A stretch of 63,206 nucleotides of DNA, the filler included, from Octopus bimaculoides (Eukaryota): the NCBI RefSeq assembly GCF_001194135.2. It is 4 parts of 4 records of this genome, joined end to end, with 100 filler letters (N's around TTAATTAATTAA, not from the genome) between each part and the next. Parts side by side here need not be neighbours in the genome. Positions count along the whole stretch, not along the records: positions 16,039 to 38,930 come from NC_068985.1; positions 39,031 to 60,755 come from NC_068991.1; 2 more parts are not named here. One strand, 5' to 3'. Each line of letters opens with the position of its first letter. The stretch's first letter is position 1. Under the pieces are notes generated by a model that was not told the DNA's origin, did no database searches, and saw only the letters and a program-made list of their open reading frames with translations. Shown piece by piece: positions 37,664 through 50,754 of the stretch. A program made the position numbers and the translations under genes.

Positions 37664-38886
37664 TAGAAGAGTGCGCATCGTAATTATTAAGATAAATCTT
37701 ACGTGGAAAAGGATGCGTGGCGTTCGATCATATAATAATATAAATAATATATAAATATATGCACATATCCATACATATATGTACATACCTACATACATAT
37801 GTATATATACATGCATATTGGGTACAGGACATCAAAAAATCGTTATACACAACGAGAAACGAAAATATAGCTAACGAACTTGTTTCGAAAGTTATTAATT
37901 TACTGTGGTTGGTGTGCAAACGAGAATGAGAAATTGTAATATGGCAAGCTGGAAAATCATTTTGGAAATAAATCTTCCCTTACAAGAATACTATATGCGA
38001 ATATGAATCTGTTCACAAGAGCTACGTATAACACATCACATCTCTTTCTGATTTTTGACTGGAATGTAACATTTCTACGTTCTGTAAATGGAAAAACGTA
38101 GATCATTTACTAAAAATGACATCCCTTACTACACAAAAATGTTGATACCAACAAGAATACATGACGAATGTTGGCACAGAAAGAACAGTATACTTTCATT
38201 TCTTTAAACATAGTGAAAAATTATGTATAATTAAAGACAGCGATACTTTCAAGAAAAATAGTAATACAAGGAAATGTAATTATTTTTACTAAATTTTCTC
38301 GTACCATTTCTACTTTCTAAATTTTTATGCATGTTTTTCAAGGTGTAACTATATTTTTTAAGAAAATAGTTGGAGTATTTTATCAAATCATAATCAATAA
38401 AGATAATGGATTCTCAACTTTTGGCTTAGAGCCAAAACATTTGCTGAAAGAGGACAATCTATTAATACAATCTGAAAAGTTAAACAGTACTACTAATAAA
38501 CGTATGAGAATATTGTAATAGCGTTGCGGACACGAAGCATAAAGAGACATTTCCTTGGAGCATGAATGTAACAACAATAAAGAGGAAGATGACACAAGTA
38601 ATATAAACAATAATTGTATCGAGAACAACATCACCAGTAACAATAACAATAGAAACAATTTTCACAAGGTTTCAATGAGGAAAAATCAACATTATACCAT
38701 CAATCAAAAATTAATGATTCACACGAATAAATTGGAATTTTCTGCACTAAATACGAAACCCTCGTTTCAATTGTATATGCAACAATTCAACAATACTATT
38801 CTCATGTTAGAAGGATGGATAAGAAAGTGGGAAAGGGCGTGTATACAGAAAGACAATGTTAGACGTGCGTATGTATGTTTGTGTTT

Positions 38887-38930
<44 letters not shown>

Positions 38931-39030
38931 NNNNNNNNNNNNNNNNNNNNNNNNNNNNNNNNNNNNNNNNNNNNTTAATTAATTAANNNNNNNNNNNNNN
39001 NNNNNNNNNNNNNNNNNNNNNNNNNNNNNN
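38931..39030. other. Artificial assembly join (44 N + TTAATTAATTAA + 44 N)
   Basis: Same 100-bp spacer as at 15939. Confidence 0.95.
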
Positions 39031-39033
39031 TAC

Positions 39034-39064
<31 letters not shown>

Positions 39065-39127
39065 CACATATATATATATAGATAGACATACGTATGCATG
39101 AATATGTAAAGATATGTATATAAATAA

Positions 39128-39180
<53 letters not shown>

Positions 39181-39378
39181 TGTGTTATATCTAAGTATTT
39201 TACATATTTGTACACGTATGATTATGTTTGTATATTTTGTATGGGTCGCCATATATGCATATATATGTATATAGGTCTATATGACACACACACTCTCTCT
39301 CTCTCTCACACTCTTTCTCTATCGCTCTCACACTCTCTCTCTCTCTCTCTCACACACTCTTTCTCTATCGCTCTCACA

Positions 39379-39424
<46 letters not shown>

Positions 39425-39427
39425 TAT

Positions 39428-39610
39428 ATCTATAATATAAATTGAACATGGGCGTCCGTTGTATTCTTCCTTGTCTCGAGGTTCACGGCCAAACGGCTGG
39501 GTGGATTCGCGTCAAAAATGGCACACGTGTGGGGACAGGAGCATAGATTGGAACGCGCTTTAGATTTCTTCTTAGCCCCATAGTTACGGACAAAATAGAT
39601 TAAAACAACC
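39428..39610 (+). mobile_element. Possible Helitron-like 5' fragment
   Basis: Begins tctataatataaa and contains ggccaaacggctgggtggatt, recalling invertebrate non-autonomous Helitron 5' motifs; no 3' hairpin found. Confidence 0.3.
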
Positions 39611-39676
39611 TGCGTGCACGCGTGTATGTGAGTGTGGGTCACTGAAGCCATTCATACATACATACATACATACCTA

Positions 39677-39717
<41 letters not shown>

Positions 39718-39798
39718 CATTTTTCTCTCTAAATCACTCACACATTCACTCACTACAAAAACTGAATAAAAAATTTCAGTTATCTCTCTCTTTTTCTT

Positions 39799-39837
<39 letters not shown>

Positions 39838-40609
39838 CACACACACCATCAACATTACTCTCCCTGTCTCTCACACCCCATCAAATATACATACACACAC
39901 AGACAGATACGCACGCACATTAATTCTTCCGTCACACACCAACTTCAAAAGAAGTTCAGTCATAAAACTGTCCATGTCTCTTTAAATATGACGCCCACTT
40001 CAAAAGATCCCCTTTCCCCAAAGCACATATTAAAAAAATATTTTCACTTGTCCGGCCATTGATCGAGAGATAAAACACAACCCACTTCCTGCTGACTGCA
40101 AAACTCTCGCCAAATTAGCTGCAAAAAACACACGCACACATAAACACAGACACACACGACCATTTCATATGTCTTTCACTTTCTCTATGATTATACACAC
40201 GTCCAATACAATAGCTTTCACATACATCTTCGTCTTCAACAGGTGTGTATCTATTCTATAATATAAATTGTTTCTCTATAAGCGTATAACAATTACTTAT
40301 TCCATACTTTTTCACTTAGCTTTTATCTGCACTTTTCTTAACTTGAATACGTCTGCTATTAATTCTTACATACAATTTCCCCGTTAATTCTTACAGCTTC
40401 ATTTTCTGTTAAAGCAATTCTTAACTTCAACGTCTTGATGCCCCTTCTATTTTTTCCTAGCCCCCATACTTTACCGAGAACAGCGATTAAAACTTTTCTA
40501 ATGCAATTCCCCTTTCTTCGGCCATTAACACAACCAGTTATTGACACAAATTACAGTTTCTCATTCAAACTACATACTATGCAGAATTGTCGGGTTAATA
40601 CAGATTTGG

Positions 40610-41237
40610 CTGCTATGGAAAGTTCCGAAGAGAGAGAGGAATTACATGCTTGAAAGATCCAAGGAGGATGAGGGGGAAAATTACTCCCTGGAAAGTTCCA
40701 AGGATGGGAAGAAGGGAGGAATTATTCCCTGGAAAGTTCCGATGAGAGGGAAATTATTTCCTGGAAAGTTCCGAGGAGGGGGAGGAATTACTTCCTAAAA
40801 AGTTCCGAGGGAGGGGACACATTACTTCCTGGAAAGTACCGAAGAGGAGGGATTATTTCCTGGAAAGTTCCACGGAATGGGAGGGGATGACAAATTACTT
40901 CCTTGACAATTCCAAGGAAGGGGAGGAGGGGAGGAATTACTTCCTGGAAAGTTCGGAGGACATGCTGGAAAGATCCGAGGACGCGCAACTTCCTGGAAAT
41001 ATCCGAGGATAGAAATCCCTGAAAAGTTCCGAGGGATATCTGCTTCATGGAAACTTCCGTGGATGGGACTTTCTGCAAAGTTCCGAGGTCTTTCTGGAAA
41101 GTTACGAGGAGGGTAGTTCCTGGAAATCCCGAGGATGAGCACCTTCCTGGAAAGTTCCGAGGTCCTTCTGGAAAATATCGATGATCAGCTACCTCTTCGA
41201 AAGTTCCGAGGAGGGGCGAATTACTTCCTGGAAAGAC
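40610..41237. repeat. Degenerate minisatellite, ~21 units of ~30 bp, core ttcctggaaagttccgagg
   Basis: The core recurs at e.g. 40686, 40724, 40757, 40826, 40856, 40941, 40990, 41144 and 41225. Confidence 0.9.
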
Positions 41238-41726
41238 GCATGTTTCAGTCATGGAATACGGCCATATTGGGGCACTGAATTAAAGGGCTTTATTCTAACA
41301 AATGAATCACATTATCTATGTTTGAAGCCAAAACCGCATCGTTAAAGGAAAGTAAACAGAACGATATCGATTTTTAAGTCGTCTGGGTGGAGAAACACAA
41401 GCACAAAGATACACACACGCGCGCGCTCACACACATACACACATGTATGTATGTATTTATGTATGTATATATGTATGTATCTATGTACCTATGTACCTAT
41501 GTATTATGTATATGTAAGACAGACTTCTTTCAGTTACCGTTTACTATAGCAATTTACAAGCTTTTGTGTCGGCTGCTGGCTATAGCAGAAAACAGATATG
41601 GAAGGTACCATACTGTGATATTGAACCAGATGCCACGTTGTTACGAAGCAAACGTCTCACTGCTCAGTGACGTCATCACCAATATGACGTCAGGAAAATA
41701 TACAGGCGAAGTTTATTAGCAACTAT

Positions 41727-41862
41727 TTGGTTCTGGGTTCAGTCCCACTGTCTGGCAACTTGAACAAGTGCCTTTTACTATAGCTTATCGCCAACCAAAG
41801 CTTTGTGGGTGGATTTTGTAGAGGGAAACTGAAAGAAGCTTCTCTCATATATCTATACATAC

Positions 41863-41916
<54 letters not shown>

Positions 41917-42295
41917 CTGCATGCGTGAAAGAAGCCCGTAGCATATGTGTGTGCATCTGTGTGCAAATGTACGCGTGAAAGAAGCCCGTAGTACATATTG
42001 TGTGTAACTATGCATGAAAGAAGCCCATAGTATATGTTTGTGTGTATGTGTGTGTGTGTGGGTATGTATGTTCTTTTTGCGTTTGTTTGTCTCCCACAAT
42101 CACTTGACAACCGACGTTGATGTGTTTGCGTCGCCGCACATTAGCGGTTCGGCAGAACAGACCGATAGAATAAGTGCTACATGTTAAAACAAAATACCGG
42201 GGTTAAATCCTTCGATTTAAAACTCATCCGGAATGTGCCCCAGCATGGTTGTTATCCAATGACTGCTACAAGGAACATAAAACGTAAACGGAAGG
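41727..42295 (+). mobile_element. SINE family A with internal tandem amplification
   Basis: Core present; the tgaaagaagcccgtag..tatg unit is repeated three extra times between 41925 and 42035; family A tail follows. Confidence 0.8.
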
Positions 42296-42329
42296 ACAAA
42301 TTTACTAATCTAGGCCTTCGTCAGGGTAC

Positions 42330-42561
42330 TCTCAGTAAAATGCAACATGGTTGCGGAAAGAGCTACATCAATAATGAATCTGATCATCTAAAGCCGACTA
42401 CAAAGCTTTCACATCAGCATCAACGACAACAACAATGCGAACATATTGCCATGCATTTGGCTATGTGGCATTCTCCCATCATGTCCGAGCTTATAAGTAA
42501 ACATGAAGTAAACTCGAACCAACTATGATCAGTGATGTCTGAGGATAACGGATGTTCCACG
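42330..42561 (+). mobile_element. Possible PLE GIY-YIG remnant running into a gap
   Basis: HGCGKSYI...HLK...HQHQ...HIAMHL resembles the GIY-YIG CGKxYIG..H pattern; weak. Confidence 0.3.
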
Positions 42562-43752
42562 NNNNNNNNNNNNNNNNNNNNNNNNNNNNNNNNNNNNNNN
42601 NNNNNNNNNNNNNNNNNNNNNNNNNNNNNNNNNNNNNNNNNNNNNNNNNNNNNNNNNNNNNNNNNNNNNNNNNNNNNNNNNNNNNNNNNNNNNNNNNNNN
42701 NNNNNNNNNNNNNNNNNNNNNNNNNNNNNNNNNNNNNNNNNNNNNNNNNNNNNNNNNNNNNNNNNNNNNNNNNNNNNNNNNNNNNNNNNNNNNNNNNNNN
42801 NNNNNNNNNNNNNNNNNNNNNNNNNNNNNNNNNNNNNNNNNNNNNNNNNNNNNNNNNNNNNNNNNNNNNNNNNNNNNNNNNNNNNNNNNNNNNNNNNNNN
42901 NNNNNNNNNNNNNNNNNNNNNNNNNNNNNNNNNNNNNNNNNNNNNNNNNNNNNNNNNNNNNNNNNNNNNNNNNNNNNNNNNNNNNNNNNNNNNNNNNNNN
43001 NNNNNNNNNNNNNNNNNNNNNNNNNNNNNNNNNNNNNNNNNNNNNNNNNNNNNNNNNNNNNNNNNNNNNNNNNNNNNNNNNNNNNNNNNNNNNNNNNNNN
43101 NNNNNNNNNNNNNNNNNNNNNNNNNNNNNNNNNNNNNNNNNNNNNNNNNNNNNNNNNNNNNNNNNNNNNNNNNNNNNNNNNNNNNNNNNNNNNNNNNNNN
43201 NNNNNNNNNNNNNNNNNNNNNNNNNNNNNNNNNNNNNNNNNNNNNNNNNNNNNNNNNNNNNNNNNNNNNNNNNNNNNNNNNNNNNNNNNNNNNNNNNNNN
43301 NNNNNNNNNNNNNNNNNNNNNNNNNNNNNNNNNNNNNNNNNNNNNNNNNNNNNNNNNNNNNNNNNNNNNNNATATACATATATGTACATATATGAATATA
43401 TACATACATACATATATCTATCTATATATATTGCATACATAGCCGCTTACGCACAGGAACACGTAAATGCACTCGCAAAACTTACGTCAATATATGTGTT
43501 GCCAGGTATGTATGTATGTATGTATAGACAGCCCATAAATATATAGAGAGTGTGTATAGTGTATATATATGTGTTTAACTTGTTTTCTTTTATTTTTGGC
43601 TTTCCATTTACACAACGTTTGCCCAATCTATTTGTATGTCTCCACAATCTATGTTTCTGTTTGCCTCACCCTCTTCTTTCTCTCTCGCTCTCCCTTACTC
43701 TATCTATGCCAGTCTATATATGTGATCGTGTGTGTGTTTGTGTGCGAGTATG

Positions 43753-43810
<58 letters not shown>

Positions 43811-44169
43811 CGTCTCTATTTTATACAACAAAGAGAAATTTATGAAGCATTATGAAATTGGTACTATGGTGATGAAAATGTAATTATACGAGTGTACGTG
43901 ATTGTATACATGCATGTGTATATGTGTANNNNNNNNNNNNNNNNNNNNNNNNNNNNNNNNNNNNNNNNNNNNNNNNNNNNNNNNNNNNNNNNNNNNNNNN
44001 NNNNNNNNNNNNNNNNNNNNNNNNNNNNNNNNNNNNNNNNNNNNNNNNNNNNNNNNNNNNNNNNNNNNNNNNNNNNNNNNNNNNNNNNNNNNNNNNNNNN
44101 NNNNNNNNNNNNNNNNNNNNNNNNNNNNNNNNNNNNNNNNNNNNNNNNNNNNNNNNNNNNNNNNNNNNN

Positions 44170-44213
<44 letters not shown>

Positions 44214-44454
44214 GTCAGTATTGTTGTCCATATGTTTCATCTAGTTTAGAATTTAGAAAAACACTCCTGACTGCTAAGTCGTGTTGTGTGTGGCTGTAAA
44301 TGTTTTGAATTTGAGGTGAAATTGGCTGCTGTTTTATGCTGGACAACGTGAAGACGTCTTCTGTGTACATCTCACGTATCATAAGAAACGTTTACTGCGA
44401 TTATGTAAGAAATGTGTAATTTTCAATCAAATCATGTTACTCGTATGTTGATAG

Positions 44455-44783
44455 TGAAGACCCCCTTCGGTCATGAACGACAATGGGATTGCGCCTAGAG
44501 AATTCCCCTACTATACACAAGTCCGGGCAAACTTGTTTATGGAAGACTAGCAGTCGCCCATACACGCCTGCCTCCACTCTTCACGTCACCAATGTAATCC
44601 GTGAGAAAGCAAAGGCCGATACAGCTTACCATTAGTGACGTTGCAACTCATTTCTACAGCTGAGTGAACTGGAGCAACGTGAAATAAAGTATCTTGCTCA
44701 AAATCGCAACACAGCTCGGTTCGGAAATCCAACTCACGACTTCATGATTGTGAGTCCGACGGTCTAGCGACTGAGCAATGCAC
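44455..44783 (-). mobile_element. SINE family C
   Basis: Reverse complement aligns end to end with 13891-14220. Confidence 0.8.
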
Positions 44784-44820
44784 CTTCACTCGGACAGTAG
44801 ACTGACCACATATAGCAGCA

Positions 44821-45070
44821 ATGTGTTTATTATTTACATTATTTACAATTGACGGATATTTGTCCTCGTTTGTTGTTAGCACAACGTTTCGGCTGATATA
44901 CCCTCCAGCCTTCATCAGGTGTCTTGGGGAAATTTCGAACCTGGGTTTTCATTCCTAAGGTATTTTTTTCGATATTATTATTATTATTATTCAGGTCACT
45001 GCCTGGAATCGAACTCGGAATCTTGGGGTTAGTAGCCCGCGCTCTTAACCACTATGTCATATGCCCGTGG
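44821..45070 (-). mobile_element. tRNA-headed short element carrying a hammerhead ribozyme motif
   Basis: Minus strand: A-box tgacatagtgg, anticodon-like arm gggctactaaccc, B-box gagttcgattcc (44994-45066), (AAT)n spacer, HHR at 44880-44921, tail (tgtaaataa)2. A short inverted head fragment lies at 45067-45085. Confidence 0.8.
44880..44921 (-). ncRNA. Minimal type I hammerhead ribozyme motif
   Basis: Reverse complement: cac-CTGATGA-a-ggctg-gagggtatat-cagcc-GAAAC-GT-T-gtg; stem I 3 bp, stem II 5 bp, palindromic ACGT stem III. Confidence 0.75.
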
Positions 45071-45945
45071 ACATATGGCGTAAGGTGTTTGTATTTATCT
45101 CTAAGAGATACGCCTGATTGTGTCATAATGTACAATTTCTTGCAGAAACATACGTGACAACTGTGCACTACGACTCGTATGTGAGATGCACTATCAAATC
45201 TTTTTCAGGTTATACAAGTTCCGTCATTCCCGTCTTTCAGTTAATGAGCTCAAAAGAAATTATATCGAATAAATGCACTGAGGAACATGAAAAACATCAC
45301 ACCTTTGTCCTTATTTCTATGTTGAGCTAGGGATCTTGAAATGGGCAAGATTAAGTATAAGAAATTTACATAAATATCGACATATACTATTAACACCAGC
45401 TTAAATGTGTATCACCGTATACTAGATTGCAGACTACAATAAACATAGAACAAAAAATCAATTTCATTTCGTAAAACAAATACATTTTTCTATTGATTTC
45501 TTTGTTTTAAATTCAGATACGTCTCAGCGGAATTTTTTCCAAAATATGAAAAAAGAAAAATAATATAGCTACATTTCTGCATGAAAATATTTTTCAGGCA
45601 CAAAAGATACTGGTGATCGTCACCTACTATTGAAATGGAAAGACTTTTCTGTTGGTATTTTGTCATAGTATTAATGCTCAATGCAGGTTGTTATTTGCTA
45701 GACAAAATTTATTGTCTAGCCAATCGAGGTGTTTAATGTCAGAGATCTCTGCTTCTTCATAGGTGACCATTCAATTATTCTTTTATTCTTTCACTTGTTT
45801 CAGTCATTTGACTGTGGCCATGCTGAAGCACCGCCTTTAGTCGAGCCTATATTTTATACCAAGACAAAACAATGTATATGATAACACTTCCAATCAATTA
45901 AGATCAGAAGCCATGAGAGCCACTGCCTAGTACTGCATCCGAGCA

Positions 45946-45989
<44 letters not shown>

Positions 45990-46002
45990 CATTATTATTA
46001 TT

Positions 46003-46485
46003 AAAGTTCTTAATCACAATAGCAAATCATTAAAGAATTCCAATAGTGCCTTCTTTTGTGACTCAAAGAGACAATACTCTCCTTAGAATTCGAGCTGTAC
46101 CCAACAATGCTGGATCACTTCGAGCCTGACAGCAGCTCCAAAATTCTTAATATTTTTTTTTCAAAGCTGTTGGAAACTTCCCCTAATGCTGCAGTTACCA
46201 CTAGTATCACCATTACTTTCCCTGTTTCCCATAACTTTCTTATCTTGTTTCCTTAAATGTCTCCCTCGAATCGCCTGGTATTGCAACATATATTATCTTT
46301 GATTCTTTTTCATCTTTATGGATGAGCAAGATATCTGGCCGTCCCGCCTCTACGATTTGATTGGACTGTATGTTAAAATCCCAGAGTATTTTGTAATGTT
46401 AGTTTTCTATTACTCCCTCTGGTTTGTGTTCATACCAGTGTTCGTCTCTCTCGATGTTTGCTTAGGGAGATATGTGCCCACATTG
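46003..46485 (-). mobile_element. R4/Dong-like non-LTR retrotransposon 3' fragment (restriction-like endonuclease)
   Basis: Minus strand WYEHKPEGVIEN..KILWDFNIQSNQIVEAGRPDILLIHK..KIIYVAIPGDS; adjacent to (ATT)n at 45946-46003. Confidence 0.75.
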
Positions 46486-48417
46486 AAAATTAAATCCAGG
46501 AATGGCGATATAACCAGATACATTGATACATATGGGTGTTTCCACTAGACTTTTGAAATACACTTACCATGTATGTATGTATGTATGTATATATGTATGT
46601 ATGTATGTATGCATGTATGTATGCATGTATGTATGCATGTATGTATGCATCTATCTACCTATCAATCCATCCATCTATCCATTTATTCATCCATTTATCT
46701 ATCTATATATCTCTGTACATATATATCCACCTACCTACCTACCTACATACATACATACATACATACATACCTACCTTCCTACTTACCTACTTACCTACCT
46801 ACCTATAGACATACATACATTCATACACACATATATACATACATAAATACATTCATACGTACATGCATATATACATACATGCATATATACATACTTACAT
46901 TTTTACATGTATGCTTATATAAATACAGACAGATTGTNNNNNNNNNNNNNNNNNNNNNNNNNNNNNNNNNNNNNNNNNNNNNNNNNNNNNNNNNNNNNNN
47001 NNNNNNNNNNNNNNNNNNNNNNNNNNNNNNNNNNNNNNNNNNNNNNNNNNNNNNNNNNNNNNNNNNTATACATATGGATATATACATATATATAGATGTA
47101 TATAGAAATGGTCTTGGAATATTTGTGTGCCACTATGTCTCTTTTCTTTCCTTTGTTTCTCTTATTTCCTTTCTCTCTCTTTCTCTAGTTGTCTGTCTTT
47201 CTCTGTTACCTTACTTCCACTATAATTGTGATCCTTGACGGCTTAAGGCGGTATCATTCATTTACGTGTTGCTACGACCGGACCGGTCACGATTTTCTGA
47301 ACTCCTCGCTCTACCTACACCCCTTGTCTATAGTCCTTTAGAACAATTTTTCATTTCTCCTTCGCGTTAACCATTTTTAACCTGTCATGCAGCCCTAAGG
47401 CTTTTTTGTTCTGTATATGTATCATTATCATTTTAAATGTCTTCTTGTGGCCCTAACCCTTTATTCTCTTTATTGTCTTGTCCCTTGTCCGTCTACTAAC
47501 GGCCTCGTCTCGTTTTGTCATGTGTTGCCGGTGCCTCCAAAATGGAAGCAATATTATTGATAATGGCCGAAATTGCGGTCGACCCACTGGTCGATAGCTG
47601 AAGAGGAGTTTGTGACGTTCTGTGTTTTCCGTTCGTCTGTATATATGTTCGTGTATTTATTTACTATATGTTTTCTTCAATATATATATATATATNNNNN
47701 NNNNNNNNNNNNNNNNNNNNNNNNNNNNNNNNNNNNNNNNNNNNNNNNNNNNNNNNNNNNNNNNNNNNNNNNNNNNNNNNNNNNNNNNNNNNNNNNNNNN
47801 NNNNNNNNNNNNNNNNNNNNNNNNNNNNNNNNNNNNNNNNNNNNNNNNNNNNNNNNNNNNNNNNNNNNNNNNNNNNNNNNNNNNNNNNNNNNNNNNNNNN
47901 NNNNNNNNNNNNNNNNNNNNNNNNNNNNNNNNNNNNNNNNNNNNNNNNNNNNNNNNNNNNNNNNNNNNNNNNNNNNNNNNNNNNNNNNNNNNNNNNNNNN
48001 NNNNNNNNNNNNNNNNNNNNNNNNNNNNNNNNNNNNNNNNNNNNNNNNNNNNNNNNNNNNNNNNNNNNNNNNNNNNNNNNNNNNNNNNNNNNNNNNNNNN
48101 NNNNNNNNNNNNNNNNNNNNNNNNNNNNNNNNNNNNNNNNNNNNNNNNNNNNNNNNNNNNNNNNNNNNNNNNNNNNNNNNNNNNNNNNNNNNNNNNNNNN
48201 NNNNNNNNNNNNNNNNNNNNNNNNNNNNNNNNNNNNNNNNNNNNNNNNNNNNNNNNNNNNNNNNNNNNNNNNNNNNNNNNNNNNNNNNNNNNNNNNNNNN
48301 NNNNNNNNNNNNNNNNNNNNNNNNNNNNNNNNNNNNNNNNNNNNNNNNNNNNNNNNNNNNNNNNNNNNNNNNNNNNNNNNNNNNNNNNNNNNNNNNNNNN
48401 NNNNNNNNNNNNNNNNN

Positions 48418-48458
<41 letters not shown>

Positions 48459-48466
48459 ATGTGTGT

Positions 48467-48716
48467 AGGCGTGGCTGTGTGGTAAGAAGCTGACTTGCCA
48501 CTGCGTGGTACCTTCGGCAAGTGTCTTCTACCATCACTTGACAACCGATGTTTGTGTGTTTATGCCCACTTATCTTAGTGGATCGCCAAAAGAGAACAAT
48601 ACAATAAGTACTAGGCTTACAAGGGATAACTCCTGGGACGATTTGTTCGACTAAATGCCGTTAAGTTTGGGATCCAGCATGGCTGCAATTAAATGCCTGA
48701 AGCAAATACTAGAATA
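48467..48716 (+). mobile_element. SINE family A with internal deletions
   Basis: ggcgtggctgtgtggtaagaag, ccactgcgtggtaccttcggcaagtgtc, family A tail. Confidence 0.7.
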
Positions 48717-48792
48717 AATGAATATCTCCCACCCTTTTCCTATTCTTCTCTTCCTTTCACCGTTCCCTCTCTCTTTCTCTCTCTCATCTCCC

Positions 48793-49330
48793 TCCTTGAC
48801 TCTCTCGTCTCTGACACGTGATGAAAGGGGATCTCTCTCTTTCTGCCCACTGCCTTCCTAACGTTAAGACGTGTTGTTTTTTTTTTCGTCTCTTCTCCAC
48901 ATCTACCTAGCGTTCATAATAATTTTTCTATCGTCTTGGCTCAACAGCCCGCACCGTTTGTTTTTACTGACTTGTTCTCACCGTCCTGATCTTGTTAACA
49001 CTTTCACCCACCGCAAAATTTCCAGATTTTATTTAATTTGCTTTGCGGGAAGGACTGTTCCAACGAAGTCGTGTATTGTCCTTGCCTTCGAAACGCGGAA
49101 TAGATGGACCAGGGACAACTGACGAAGGGGTATACTCTTTATGTTGCATGTCGCGTTTCTCTGTTTGTTTTTTATCGTTGTTCGAAAAAAGTTCGTTTTC
49201 TGTTTTCTTTTTTATGTTTTCGTTTCTCATTGTGTTTAACGTTTTTTGTTTTGTTTTTGATGTCCTGTACCCATATATACATGTATGTACATGCATATGT
49301 ACGTATGCATATATAAGTATGGATATATGC
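48793..49330 (+). repeat. Interspersed repeat family D
   Basis: Aligns with the reverse complement of 36985-37505. Confidence 0.7.
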
Positions 49331-49348
49331 ATATATTTACATATTATT

Positions 49349-49443
<95 letters not shown>

Positions 49444-50754
49444 GACAGGCAGATAGACAGACAGATAAGTAGATGGGCAGACAGGTTGACAGATTGAAAA
49501 GGAGATTAAAAATTGACATACAAATAACAATACATATGATTCGATTGGTGAATATGTTTCTTCGGGTGGATGGATGGATGGATGGATAACTAGAGAGAGG
49601 GATGGAGGGCAGGTGGGCGAGAGGGGTGGTTGCTTGGTTGGTTAGCTACAGAGAAATATCTTGTTAAGGAGACAGTGTGTTAAATAGAGAAAGCATATTT
49701 AATAAAGTAAAATTGTGTGAGAATAAATTAATGAGAGAAAGCGAAACAGACACTGAAAGATAACGTGAAAGTGAGAGTAAATAGAGTGTGTATGTGTGCG
49801 TGTGTGAGAGAGAGGGAGAGAAAGAGAAAGAGGTTGAGAGAAAAAGAGAAAGGGGATGGTAAGGGAGTCGAAAGGGTAGAGTGCTTGAACAAGGGAATGA
49901 TTGAAAGGAATGTGATCCTAATGAGCTGATATTAATTATATTGTGTATCCCTCTGAATAAATGTCGAGCCTGTAGTTTGCTGTAAGGAAGGAATACACCA
50001 GAGCGGTGTTACATTATTCATGGGACAGCGGGAAATTGCAACGTCACTTTAGAGACATCAGATCTTTGCTAATTAAAAGGAGATAAATGACTTTCGATAG
50101 TTTAATAAAAATAGTCAGTGTGTATGTGCGTGTTTGTACAAGGGGTTTTTGTTTGTGCATGTGAGAGCGTGCGTGCATGTGTGAATGCATAATTTGTGCG
50201 TGTGTGTTTGTATAATTTGTATGTGTGTGCATGTGTCTGACAACAAGAGTGATAGGAGAAAGAGAGAGAGAGGGGGGAGCGAGAGGTTGAGAGAGAAAGC
50301 AGACAACCTAACTGATGAAATGTAAGAGAAATACGGAAACTGGAAGAAGATAATGAGCGAAAGATTGAATAAAAAGCCTTTTCATTGGAGAGTAAAGGCA
50401 GGTTGATGGGGGGGGGGTGTATGTATGTGTGCATATTCTAGGGTGTTGGTGTTCACGTGCTGCATTCGTGTATGCAGACACACAAACACGAACGAACACA
50501 CATACGTGTAAAAGCACAAACAAGCGGACATACGAACGCATACACAGACATGCATATTGTTTTTACGTTCCTGTGCGAATGTATGCGTGTCTGTAGGTGT
50601 GTGTGGGTATGTAGATGTGTGTGTGTGTGTGTGTGTATGTGTGTGTGTGTGTGTGTGTGTTTGTGTGCTTATGTGGTGCGTTGGTGCTGCGCCTGTCTAC
50701 AAGTAATATTAAATTTCAGAAAATAAAAATCGTTATAATTGAATGGAGACATCA

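Noticed and set aside
40610-41237. CRISPR-like repeat-spacer appearance
   Set aside because: The repeats are degenerate, the spacers are related to each other, the context is eukaryotic and there are no cas genes.
44994-45066. Possible tRNA gene
   Set aside because: A and B boxes and an anticodon-like arm are present, but the acceptor stem does not pair; treated as a SINE head.
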